This document shows, one piece after another, positions 37,619-46,509 of a stretch of DNA of 64,000 nt. The notes below the pieces were generated by a model, which saw nothing but the letters and a program-made list of their open reading frames with translations, made no database searches and was not told the DNA's origin. The stretch covers positions 1 through 64,000 of IMG/VR virus record IMGVR_UViG_3300025961_000012, one strand, 5' to 3'. The position numbers and the translations under genes are program-made. Numbering within the stretch: the first letter of the stretch is position 1; each line of letters opens with the position of its first letter. Source of the DNA: a virus (taxonomy: Duplodnaviria > Caudoviricetes).

Positions 37619-38362
37619 GTGACTTCATTCAGACATGCTGGCGACCTCGGCGACATCATTTATTCCCTTCCGGCCGTGCGCCATTTTGGCGGCGGCGATT
37701 TCCATATCGAGGCGGCGGAGTTCACGCGCGTTTGCCTGACTCCGAACAGATGGTGTGGCATCGACAGGCTTCTGGCCGTACAGCCATACATCACCAGCGT
37801 GCGCTCCTATCGCGTCGGCGAGTATTGCACGTTCAATTTGAACTCGTTCAGGGCGCCGCTGAACGCCGCACTTCGCAAGCATGAACAAACGGACAAGAGC
37901 CTTTGCGATTGGGTTTTGGAAACGCACAACGTTCCTCTGACCGCGAAGGAAACTCCATGGCTCACCGTCGTTCCGAAGACTGTTGCGCCGGTCGTCATCA
38001 ATCGCACGGGCGCCGGACGAACGCGCAACGCCTGCTATCACAATTTCAAATTTCCGTGGCACAAAGTCTGGAAGAAATACGGACGTGACGCGGTGTTCAT
38101 CGGGACGTGGGCAGAGTACGAGATGTTTTGCGGATCGTGCGGCGAGGTGCCGTATCACGAGACGAAGGATCTGCTCGAGGCCGCGCAGGTGATTGCCGGC
38201 GCCAAACTGTTCGTAGGGAACCAGAGCGTCTGCCACGCGATTGCCCAGGGCTTGTTTCAGCGTGTCCTGCTCGAAGTCTGGGTTGAGGGCGCCAATTCGA
38301 CGTTCCTGCGTGAAGGCGTGACGAATGGTTTCGATGAGAAGGTGGAGTTGCCTGAAATATGA
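37619..38362 (+). CDS. GT9-like (heptosyltransferase-like) glycosyltransferase
   Basis: HAGDLGDIIYSLP; DLLEAAQVIAGAKLFVGNQS..HAIA. Confidence 0.75.
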   Translation: MTSFRHAGDLGDIIYSLPAVRHFGGGDFHIEAAEFTRVCLTPNRWCGIDRLLAVQPYITSVRSYRVGEYCTFNLNSFRAPLNAALRKHEQTDKSLCDWVLETHNVPLTAKETPWLTVVPKTVAPVVINRTGAGRTRNACYHNFKFPWHKVWKKYGRDAVFIGTWAEYEMFCGSCGEVPYHETKDLLEAAQVIAGAKLFVGNQSVCHAIAQGLFQRVLLEVWVEGANSTFLREGVTNGFDEKVELPEI

Positions 38363-38775
38363 AGGAGAAAACCGTTCTCGTTACTGGTTGCTTCGACGTG
38401 CTCCACCGCGGGCATATTGAGCTTTTGTATATCGCCGCCGAACACGGAAAAGTCGTTGTGGGCATCAATGACGACGAGAGTGTTCAAAAACTCAAGGGAC
38501 CGAAAAGGCCCGTGAATAATGAGGAGGACAGGCTGTTTCTGATAGAAGCACTTGGCAGCGTGACCTACGGGTTCATCATTTTCGACGTGAAAGTGGACAA
38601 GGCGATCATGGACATCAAGCCGGACATTTGGATGAAAGGCGGCGATTACACGATGGAAACTCTGAACAAGGACGAGGTTGAGGCTGCGCGGAATGTTGGA
38701 GCGGAGATCATCATTATTCCAACGTGCAAGGGCTATTCGACAACCGAGACACTCAAGAAACTGGAGGCAGAATGA
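38359..38775 (+). CDS. HldE/RfaE2-type sugar-phosphate nucleotidyltransferase
   Basis: TGCFDVLHRGH; VVGINDDESVQKLKGPKRPV..EDR; KPDIWMKGGDY; GYSTT. Confidence 0.85.
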   Translation: MKEKTVLVTGCFDVLHRGHIELLYIAAEHGKVVVGINDDESVQKLKGPKRPVNNEEDRLFLIEALGSVTYGFIIFDVKVDKAIMDIKPDIWMKGGDYTMETLNKDEVEAARNVGAEIIIIPTCKGYSTTETLKKLEAE

Positions 38776-39281
38776 GCGAAACAGCCAAACACCGCGATCA
38801 GGTCGCGGAATTCACTGTGGGCAACGGCGTGGACCTTGGATCTTCCGGCGACGGGATCGTGCCATGGGCCATCCAGGTTGACCTGCCGAGCGACGAATAT
38901 CTCCGCTACAACCCGAAGCGCCCGCAGGATGCGATACACTGGCGCGGCAGCGCGCTTCACCTGCCGTTTCAGGATCGGGTGCTCGACTTCGTGCATAGCT
39001 CTCATCTCCTCGAGGACTTTGAGGACTGGGGACCGATACTCAAGGAATGGGATCGGGTGCTGAAGGTCGGCGGTTACATGATCATCGCCGTGCCGGACCA
39101 CGCCCGGTTCCGCGCGGCCGTTGCCCTCGGGCAAGGTGACAATCTCAATCACAAGCACGAGTCCCACGTCGGCGAGCTGCCAAAGTATCTTCACACCTAC
39201 AGGACTCTCGTTGACCGGTTTGTGAGCAGCGACCCAAACGAGTATTCGATCCTCTATGTCGGCGTCAAAAATCCCGTATGA
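38772..39281 (+). CDS. Class I SAM methyltransferase (Methyltransf_11-like)
   Basis: GVDLGSSG; LPF..LDFVHSSHLLEDF..LKEWDRVLKVGG. Confidence 0.85.
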   Translation: MSETAKHRDQVAEFTVGNGVDLGSSGDGIVPWAIQVDLPSDEYLRYNPKRPQDAIHWRGSALHLPFQDRVLDFVHSSHLLEDFEDWGPILKEWDRVLKVGGYMIIAVPDHARFRAAVALGQGDNLNHKHESHVGELPKYLHTYRTLVDRFVSSDPNEYSILYVGVKNPV

Positions 39282-40000
39282 AAGCACAAGTCATCACCGT
39301 CTCCAGCCACGATCCCGTCCAGTCCTATTATCACTTCGGCGCCTTCAAAAAGAGCCTGGCGCGCTTCGGCGTTGAACCGACCATCCTTGGCCCGGGGGAA
39401 CCATGGCGCGGCCTGATGACCAAACCGCGGCTTCTGCAAAAGTTTTTGAGCGAGAGCCGGCATAAAAGCGACAACATCATCGTGACTGACGCATGGGACA
39501 TCATCTTCACCGCGCATCCCGACGAGGTGTGGGCGGCGAAGGAGTTCGATGCACCGGACGCCGTCATGTTCAACGCCGAGATGGGTTGCTTCCCGCGGGC
39601 TGATCTGGCTGATCGATTCCCGGATCCGGGCACCCCTTACCGATTCCCGAACTCCGGGTTCATGGCGGGCACGGCGAGTCAAATCCTCGCAATCCTCGAC
39701 AGCATGAATCTGAATGCCATTCGGGACGACACGCAGGAGCCCGACGGATCATGGTTCAATCCGAACGATCAGGAGTATTACACGCTGGCGTTCCTCCAGC
39801 AGCCGGTGAAGATGGTTCTGGATACGCACGCGCGCGTTTGTCAGTCATTCTCTGGAAGTGCGCTCAGCGATTACGTCCTAGTCGATGAGGGTCGCGTCAC
39901 AAACAAGCGTACGGGTTGCAAACCACTCGTTTGGCATTTCAACGGGAACTCGAAGAACGACATTTTGCCTGAACTCCTGAAGCACAACCACCTTGCATGA
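39278..40000 (+). CDS. PLOD-like GT-A glycosyltransferase domain protein
   Basis: VTDAWD (DxxD), FNAEMGCFP, YRFPNSG, DQEYY, LD..VCQS, HFNG. Confidence 0.75.
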   Translation: MKAQVITVSSHDPVQSYYHFGAFKKSLARFGVEPTILGPGEPWRGLMTKPRLLQKFLSESRHKSDNIIVTDAWDIIFTAHPDEVWAAKEFDAPDAVMFNAEMGCFPRADLADRFPDPGTPYRFPNSGFMAGTASQILAILDSMNLNAIRDDTQEPDGSWFNPNDQEYYTLAFLQQPVKMVLDTHARVCQSFSGSALSDYVLVDEGRVTNKRTGCKPLVWHFNGNSKNDILPELLKHNHLA

Positions 40001-40536
40001 ACCTCCTCACGCTCACTGGTAAAATCAACGTCCAGGGCTTCCTCCACGAAGCCGAGATGGAAAAGCTTGTCGAGCTGGGCATCAACAAGGACGTGCTCGA
40101 GGTGGGCAGCTTCATGGGCCTGTCGGCCTACTGCTTTGCCATCGCCGCCAAGAGCGTCATGTGCGTGGACACGTTTTCCGCCAACACAGCCGGCCAGCAG
40201 CAGATGGAGACACTTCAGACGCTCGCCGCGTTCGACGAAGCCGTCGCCAGGTTCGCCAACGTGAAACGCTTCGTCGGGACGTCCGAACGGGCGGCAGGGT
40301 TTTACGGCATCCCGGGTCAGTTCGATCTCGTGTTCCTCGACGCCATGCACACCTATGAGGACGTCAAAGCAGACATCGATCGCTGGTGGCCGCGGGTTCG
40401 TAACGGCGGGACGATGGCCTTTCACGACTATCGGCACGACCATTTCCCAGGCGTCGAAAAGGCGGTCGACGAGAAGTTTGGACCGGCGCCCGACGGCACG
40501 ACGATTGGAACCTTGAGGTGGATCGAGAAAAAGTGA
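39997..40536 (+). CDS. Class I SAM methyltransferase (Methyltransf_24-like)
   Basis: LEVGSFMGLS; FDLVFLDAMHTYEDVKAD..W..GGTMAFHDY. Confidence 0.85.
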   Translation: MNLLTLTGKINVQGFLHEAEMEKLVELGINKDVLEVGSFMGLSAYCFAIAAKSVMCVDTFSANTAGQQQMETLQTLAAFDEAVARFANVKRFVGTSERAAGFYGIPGQFDLVFLDAMHTYEDVKADIDRWWPRVRNGGTMAFHDYRHDHFPGVEKAVDEKFGPAPDGTTIGTLRWIEKK

Positions 40537-40548
40537 CAGTGTGGCAGG

Positions 40549-42027
40549 GTGAAAGCGCCGATTTGCCTGATCACGCCACCGTCTTGCTTCCTCATGGATG
40601 AGCGGGTTTTCGTGTCGCTGGGTATACTGAAAGTGGCCGCCTGTCTGGAACAGGCCGGGCATCCCGTTGAGATGGTGGACCTGTCCGGCATCCAGAATTT
40701 CGAAGATTGCATGCGCGATCACGCCGGCCAAAGCCCTTGTTCAACGTTTGGGATCACCGCCACCACGCCCCAGATGCCCGCGGTAATGAAGATCGCGACG
40801 GCAATTCGAGCGACTCGCCCGGACGTTCGAATCATCCTCGGAGGCCCCCATGTCACGCTCGTCAACGCTGCGCTCAAGCGCGAGCGCAAGATTGGCGCCC
40901 AAGGCAGGGCGACGCGCGCGTTCGCGAAGTTGCTCGAGGCGTTCGACGTGCTGGTTTGCGGGGACGGCGAGGACGCCATTTTCGCCGCAATTGTTCCCGA
41001 GCCAGAAAAGGTCATCGACGCGGACGATCCGAAATCGGCGCTCTGGATGACAAACGACCGGCTCAACGAGCTTCCGTTCCCGGCCCGGCATCTGGTGGAC
41101 ATGAGCAGTTATCACTACACCATCGAAGGAGAGCGTAGCTTGAGCCTTATCGCGCAATTAGGGTGTCCGTTTTGCTGCACGTTCTGCGGCGGCCGCGAAT
41201 CGCCGATGCTGCGCAGGATCCGCACGCGCACCACGGAGAACATCATCAAAGAGGTTTTGCACCTGCACCAAGACTACGGCGCCCGCGGGTTCATGTTCTA
41301 TGACGACGAATTGAACGTGAACCCCAGCATGATCGAACTCATGCACGGGCTGCGGTTCGCCCAGGACCTGGCTCAAGGAGAGTTCAAGATGCGCGGGTTC
41401 ATCAAATCCCAGCTTTTCACGGACGAACAGGCGGATGCGATGTATGGCGCCGGGTTCCGCTGGATCCTCGTCGGGTTCGAGAGCGGGTCCGAGCGCATCC
41501 TGACGAACATCAAAAAGAAGGCGAACCGGGCGGAGAACACCCGCTGCATGGAAATCGCCAAACGGCACGGGCTGAAGGTCAAGGCGCTGATGTCAGTCGG
41601 GCACGCTGGCGAGAGCGAAGAGACGATCGAGGAAACCCGGCAGTGGTTGCTCGAGGTGAAGCCCGACGACTTCGACGCGACGGTCATCTCGGTTTATGCT
41701 GGCACCCCGTACCATGACTTCGCGCGAGAGACCAAGCCGAACATCTGGACCTACACGAGCGAGAACGGGGACCGCTTGCACAGCTTCGAGATGGATTACT
41801 CCGAGGACGCCGGTTACTACAAAGGCAAAATCGGAGAGTATCAGTCCTACGTGTTCACCGATTTTCTGAGCCCGGAGCGGCTCGTCGAGCTGCGAGACAA
41901 TCTGGAGACGAGCGTGCGCGAGAAGCTCGGGATTCCATTCAACCAGTCGGCGGCGTCGATACAATACGAACATTCGATGGGTCAGCCCGGCAACCTTCCC
42001 CGCCACATTCTCAGACGTAGCGCATGA
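40549..42027 (+). CDS. B12-binding radical SAM enzyme (class B methyltransferase-like)
   Basis: N-terminal LGILKVAA..ILGGPH B12 domain; CPFCCTFC at 41164; FYDDEL; VGFESGS. Confidence 0.9.
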   Translation: MKAPICLITPPSCFLMDERVFVSLGILKVAACLEQAGHPVEMVDLSGIQNFEDCMRDHAGQSPCSTFGITATTPQMPAVMKIATAIRATRPDVRIILGGPHVTLVNAALKRERKIGAQGRATRAFAKLLEAFDVLVCGDGEDAIFAAIVPEPEKVIDADDPKSALWMTNDRLNELPFPARHLVDMSSYHYTIEGERSLSLIAQLGCPFCCTFCGGRESPMLRRIRTRTTENIIKEVLHLHQDYGARGFMFYDDELNVNPSMIELMHGLRFAQDLAQGEFKMRGFIKSQLFTDEQADAMYGAGFRWILVGFESGSERILTNIKKKANRAENTRCMEIAKRHGLKVKALMSVGHAGESEETIEETRQWLLEVKPDDFDATVISVYAGTPYHDFARETKPNIWTYTSENGDRLHSFEMDYSEDAGYYKGKIGEYQSYVFTDFLSPERLVELRDNLETSVREKLGIPFNQSAASIQYEHSMGQPGNLPRHILRRSA

Positions 42028-43016
42028 AAATCGGAATCTTTCTATCAAGCCTAGGCGGAAGCCCCCTGCAGGCCGGGCTGGAGCGTGGGTTTGTCCAGTT
42101 GGGGCATGAATTGGTGGACGGCGGGAAGCCGTGCGATCTGCTCGTTGTTTTCAATCAAACAGCTCATGATCCGTCGTATTGCTACCCCGGCTTTCCGGAC
42201 CATACCGGGCCGATGGCGTTCATCGACTGCGCGGAGTATGGGTATTTCAGGCGACTGCCAGGCATCGTTGGCCATTATTGGAACGCATTCGCCGCGGGCT
42301 CAATGGTTCACGACACGAAGAACGTCGTGCAGCAGACACGGTTGAAGAACTGGCTCGAGGGAAGGAGCTTCCCTTACTTCATTCGCGAGTTCAGCAAGCA
42401 CGTCGTTTTCCCGATCAACTATCACCCGATCGATTACCCGCTTTATTACCACAGCGAATGCCACCAGAAGCCGGACCGCGAGGAGTATTTGAAGCGCGAA
42501 CTCGACCTGTTCGTGAGCTGGGGGGCGAGTCATCCCTGGCGGATGCAGATCACGCAGGCGCTGCGGGATTGCCACACGCGCTGCGAAATCTTGGTCCTCG
42601 AGGAGAACGGGACGCCGCGGATGCGGCAGCGTGATTTCTTCCAGCGCACGCGCGCGGCGAAGTGCTCGGTGTCGTTCGACGGTTACGGGTCGTCGTCCTT
42701 CCGGCTGCACGAGGTGCTTGTGCGATGCCTGCTGTTGGCCGGACCCATGAGCATTGACCGTTACGCCCCGCTGGTGGACGGGGTGCATTTCATGGAATAC
42801 GCGGTCGATGCGGTCGGCGAGGATTTCGTTGGGACGAACGTGTGCAAGGTGCTTCGGCAGGCGCTGGCGGACCCGGAGGGAAGCTTTCGGATGTACGACG
42901 CGGGTTACAGACATTGCATGGAGCACTACACCGAAAAGGCGACCGCCGAATACGTCCTGCGCACCGTCGAGGCGCACGACTGGACGAAGGTAACGCCGCT
43001 TGACAATCCTGCGTGA
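42024..43016 (+). CDS. GT-B glycosyltransferase (CgeB/Glyco_trans_1_2-like)
   Basis: KCSVSFDGYG..SFRLHEVL..LVDGVHF..EHYT. Confidence 0.65.
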   Translation: MKIGIFLSSLGGSPLQAGLERGFVQLGHELVDGGKPCDLLVVFNQTAHDPSYCYPGFPDHTGPMAFIDCAEYGYFRRLPGIVGHYWNAFAAGSMVHDTKNVVQQTRLKNWLEGRSFPYFIREFSKHVVFPINYHPIDYPLYYHSECHQKPDREEYLKRELDLFVSWGASHPWRMQITQALRDCHTRCEILVLEENGTPRMRQRDFFQRTRAAKCSVSFDGYGSSSFRLHEVLVRCLLLAGPMSIDRYAPLVDGVHFMEYAVDAVGEDFVGTNVCKVLRQALADPEGSFRMYDAGYRHCMEHYTEKATAEYVLRTVEAHDWTKVTPLDNPA

Positions 43017-43028
43017 GCGCGGCAGCGT
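43000..43028 (+). promoter_or_regulatory. Promoter TTGACA-N17-CAGCGT, 7 nt before ATG 43036
   Basis: The -35 is encoded by the PLD codons at the end of the upstream gene. Confidence 0.6.
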
Positions 43029-43035
43029 CACAGCC

Positions 43036-43314
43036 ATGAACGACGCGACGGACGAAGCTCCGATTCCATCCCTCCCGATTCTTTCCGAAGAAGAAACGTT
43101 GAAGCAACCTCGTCAATACCTGAGCCGCTATTGCCCGTCGTGTGGATTCAAGGGTTGTTTCCGCGTCCCTGACGGTCTTTATCTCATAGCGGCACAACTC
43201 CACTGTGAGAGATGCGGACGATCCACTCGCGCCAAACTTAAATGGGACACGGGTTTGCTTCGCAGGATCTGGTGGTGGATCCGATGCCGCCATACCCGAA
43301 TCAATTTAGGATGA
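43036..43314 (+). CDS. Zinc-ribbon protein
   Basis: CPSCG..CERCG. Confidence 0.6.
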   Translation: MNDATDEAPIPSLPILSEEETLKQPRQYLSRYCPSCGFKGCFRVPDGLYLIAAQLHCERCGRSTRAKLKWDTGLLRRIWWWIRCRHTRINLG

Positions 43315-44363
43315 AACGCCTCACGTTGGTTGCCAGCATCGACAACGCGACCGGCTACGGTCTGCACGCGATCCAGATCGTGCGCGACATCGAGCGGTTG
43401 ACAGGCGCGCACGTTGCCATCCGGCCGATCCAGCAGAAGCAGATGTTTGGATCGAACATCCCGACCGACATTCGGCAGCGGTTCGTCAACGGCCCGCAGC
43501 CCGAAGAGTGGGAGCTTGTCCTGTCGCCACCATACTTCCGACCGACGCCCGGGAAGAAAACCGCCTACTTTTCGATGTGGGAAGCGACACGGCTCCCTCC
43601 CGGCGGCGCCGCGGTCCTGAACCTCGCCGAGATCGTCATCGTGCCGACGTCCTGGGGCGCCTCGTGCTTCTCGGCGTCAGGCGTGGATCGTACGATGAGG
43701 ATCGTGCCGCTGGGCATCGACGACAAGGTTTTCCACTTTCGCGCGCAGAGCTTGGCCAGCGAGCCTGCGAAGGCTGGAGTGCGCGCCGTGTTCGGGACTG
43801 CCGGCCGCATGTCCCACGGCGGGATCCGAAAGGGCATCAACGAGGTAATCGACCTGTTCCAGCGTGCGTTCCCGACGGAGGGCGACGTCCTGTTGCGCGT
43901 GAAAGTTCACCCTGACTGCCCGGTGACGCGACTGTCCGACCCGCGCATCGAGATCAAAGCAGCGCACCTGCCCGACGAGCAGCTCGCCGACTGGTTCTCG
44001 GCGCTGACGTGCTTCGTATCGGGCGCCCGCGGCGAGGGCTGGGGGCTGTTCCAACAGCAGGCGATGGCCACCGGGCGCCCGGTCGTCGCCGCGCGCTTTG
44101 CCGGCCTGGCCGACTTCCTGACGCCGGATAACGGTTTCTGTGTGCCGTTCGTCCTCGGGGCGGCAGAACAGGCGTACGCGGGCTGCGGGCACTGGGCATG
44201 GCCGTCTGACCAAGGGTTCATCGAGGCGATGCGCACGATCTATCGCGAGCCGCACCTCGCCGCGGCCAAAGGCGCCCAGGCGTCGAAGGACGTCGCGCAC
44301 CTGACGTGGGAGAACTCGAACCTACGGTTGATTGATGTATTACAAGAAGTGGGGGCACTATGA
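43311..44363 (+). CDS. GT4-family glycosyltransferase
   Basis: TGYG; FSMWEAT; VPLGID; RKG; CFVSGARGEGWGL..QAMATGRPVV. Confidence 0.85.
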   Translation: MKRLTLVASIDNATGYGLHAIQIVRDIERLTGAHVAIRPIQQKQMFGSNIPTDIRQRFVNGPQPEEWELVLSPPYFRPTPGKKTAYFSMWEATRLPPGGAAVLNLAEIVIVPTSWGASCFSASGVDRTMRIVPLGIDDKVFHFRAQSLASEPAKAGVRAVFGTAGRMSHGGIRKGINEVIDLFQRAFPTEGDVLLRVKVHPDCPVTRLSDPRIEIKAAHLPDEQLADWFSALTCFVSGARGEGWGLFQQQAMATGRPVVAARFAGLADFLTPDNGFCVPFVLGAAEQAYAGCGHWAWPSDQGFIEAMRTIYREPHLAAAKGAQASKDVAHLTWENSNLRLIDVLQEVGAL

Positions 44364-44674
44364 CCAGTTTCATTGACGGTCCCGCGAAAGGTCAGCATTT
44401 GATGCTGAAGCGGGCGGCGCGGTTCATTCGCGTCGTCGATGAGGTTGGCAAGTGGGACGCCCTCGATCAGCCGGAAGACACGCCAAAGGCGACGGAGAAG
44501 ATTTACGCCTACCAGGTTCACGGCGATGTCAGAGCCTGCCACATCAATAGAGGCGGAGGTCGGGGCGGGTTTTATCCAATCGCGGAGTATCGTTTTATCG
44601 TCGATCAGCCGGACGATGCGACGATGCGCGACGCTGATCGATGGCGGGCTTGGTGTGAAGCCCGAAAACCTTGA
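44360..44674 (+). CDS. Hypothetical phage protein
   Basis: FIDGP..LMLKRA..WDALDQ; ATGA overlap. Confidence 0.6.
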   Translation: MTSFIDGPAKGQHLMLKRAARFIRVVDEVGKWDALDQPEDTPKATEKIYAYQVHGDVRACHINRGGGRGGFYPIAEYRFIVDQPDDATMRDADRWRAWCEARKP

Positions 44675-44713
44675 TGCTTGCCTCAGAGCCCGTTCGGCGG
44701 TAGTACGGGCGCA

Positions 44714-44932
44714 ATGGCCGCCACCATTCCGCCGAAACCCTCAGAGTTTGCTGCCGTCGTGGTTGAACCCACGGACACGCTCGCCGTGGCGTTCGTCAAA
44801 GTCTTCATCCGCTTCCCGGTCTTGCTGTTGCGCTGGTACATGGCCTGGTACAATGCCGACGGCTCGTTCACGACCGAGTTCAAGACGAAACTCTGTGCCG
44901 GATGGGCTGATTGCCCGGAGGAAACCGCCTGA
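44714..44932 (+). CDS. Small virion protein paralogous to the N-terminus of the next gene
   Basis: PSE..P.L..WY..YN.D.SFT..FK..LC shared with 44932; TTGCCT-N17-TAGTAC-N7-ATG. Confidence 0.65.
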   Translation: MAATIPPKPSEFAAVVVEPTDTLAVAFVKVFIRFPVLLLRWYMAWYNADGSFTTEFKTKLCAGWADCPEETA

Positions 44933-46509
44933 TGCCTACGCCAGTTTCGCCGTCTGAAATTAAATCCACTATCCCGTCCGCGAGCGGCAGCTTTTGCGCG
45001 AAGTTCCTTCAGGTGCTGCAACTCCCGAAACTGTTTTCGACCTGGTACAGCTACGTTTACAACGAGGATCTGTCCTTCACGGATGACTTCAAAGCCGATC
45101 TCTGTCTCGTGCGATGCACATGCAGCGGCGGGGGCAGCACTCCGCCCGACGGTGGCGTCCCTGGCGGACCGATCGCGCCGACCAACGTTCAGGCCACGGA
45201 CGGCGCATTCAGCACGAAGGTCGTCGTCACATGGAATTCGGTGACGGCCGCCACGAGCTACGAGATCTTGCGCGGTACAGTGAACGATTTCTCGATGGCG
45301 ACCGTCATCGGCACGACGACGGGCAATCTGGTGGTGACTTTCGAGGACACGGCCGTCACGGAGGCGCAGGTCTACTACTACTGGGTGCGCGCGTATAACG
45401 GCACGCTCCGCGGGGCGTCCAGTTCTCCGGATACCGGCTACGCTGTCGGCGCTTTGTCAGCGGTCACGGATCTCAAGGCCAGCCGCGGGTTCTACCAGTC
45501 GACCGTGACTGGGCTCACGACCGGGACAGGCACGATCGCGCTCGTGTTCACGGCCGCTTCTGGCGCCAATGCCTACGACATCTATCGCGGCACTACCAAC
45601 GTGTTCTCGGCGGCAACGAAGATCGATTCGAACCGAATGCCGTTCGATACTTCCAGGAAGACAACGCAATGCGTTCCTACCCCATGCACAAGTCCGATTT
45701 TCGTGAATAACGGCGGGCATTTGTTGTATTACGACAAACCGGCGAGCATCGCCCAAAAGTATTACTACTGGGTCGTCGCCAAGATGGTTTCCGGGTCAAT
45801 CGTGCAGTCGGTTTCTGAGGCTTCGAACACTGCGTATGGCTGGATCGTCCTCGACAGCACGGCCGGCACGCAGGTTCTGGGCTACGACATCGTTGCCCAT
45901 GCCTCGCCCGTCCCGAACTCGAGGACAAGGGCCTACGTCGTCCTTGTTGGGCCAACGGCCGGCGGCGCCGGCGGCAACGACTCGTTTGGGGGTGGTGGTG
46001 GCGGCGGCGGGGCGATCATCGCTGGCTACTTCAACATGGTGGCGGGCCCCAACCGTCGCTGGAAAATGATCACGAGTTCGGTCGCCGGCGGGGCGTCGGC
46101 AGCCAACGGGACCGATTCGATCGTCGCTGAACTTCAATATGACGACGGCGGCGGCATTTTTGCCACAATCCTGGACACCTCGATTGCCGGCAAAGGTCTG
46201 TGGAATGCCGGTGGCGGCGGCGCCGGCGGCGCCGGGTCAGTCGGCTCTGTAATCGGAGCGGTGACCGATCCCGAGACCGAGCCCGGGTTCGCGGGGGAAG
46301 CCGCGTCCGGAACGTTTGGCGGCCGCGGCGGATGCGATTTCGGGTTCCTGCGGTCAAACCCTCACAACTTCCCGAACGCGTTCAACATCACCACGGAGAC
46401 GACCAGGTTAACCCAGGGCGGCGGCGGTTCGGATGCGCTGCCTGGCGCCGGGGCCTCCGCCGATGGCGGCATCGGGTCGACCGGTTACGCAATCATCGTC
46501 TATTTCTGA
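44932..46509 (+). CDS. Tail fibre-like protein with fibronectin type III repeats and a glycine-rich domain
   Basis: APTNVQAT..VVVTWNSV..ATSYEILRG..YYYWVRA (twice); GGGGGGG AII glycine-rich domain. Confidence 0.75.
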   Translation: MPTPVSPSEIKSTIPSASGSFCAKFLQVLQLPKLFSTWYSYVYNEDLSFTDDFKADLCLVRCTCSGGGSTPPDGGVPGGPIAPTNVQATDGAFSTKVVVTWNSVTAATSYEILRGTVNDFSMATVIGTTTGNLVVTFEDTAVTEAQVYYYWVRAYNGTLRGASSSPDTGYAVGALSAVTDLKASRGFYQSTVTGLTTGTGTIALVFTAASGANAYDIYRGTTNVFSAATKIDSNRMPFDTSRKTTQCVPTPCTSPIFVNNGGHLLYYDKPASIAQKYYYWVVAKMVSGSIVQSVSEASNTAYGWIVLDSTAGTQVLGYDIVAHASPVPNSRTRAYVVLVGPTAGGAGGNDSFGGGGGGGGAIIAGYFNMVAGPNRRWKMITSSVAGGASAANGTDSIVAELQYDDGGGIFATILDTSIAGKGLWNAGGGGAGGAGSVGSVIGAVTDPETEPGFAGEAASGTFGGRGGCDFGFLRSNPHNFPNAFNITTETTRLTQGGGGSDALPGAGASADGGIGSTGYAIIVYF

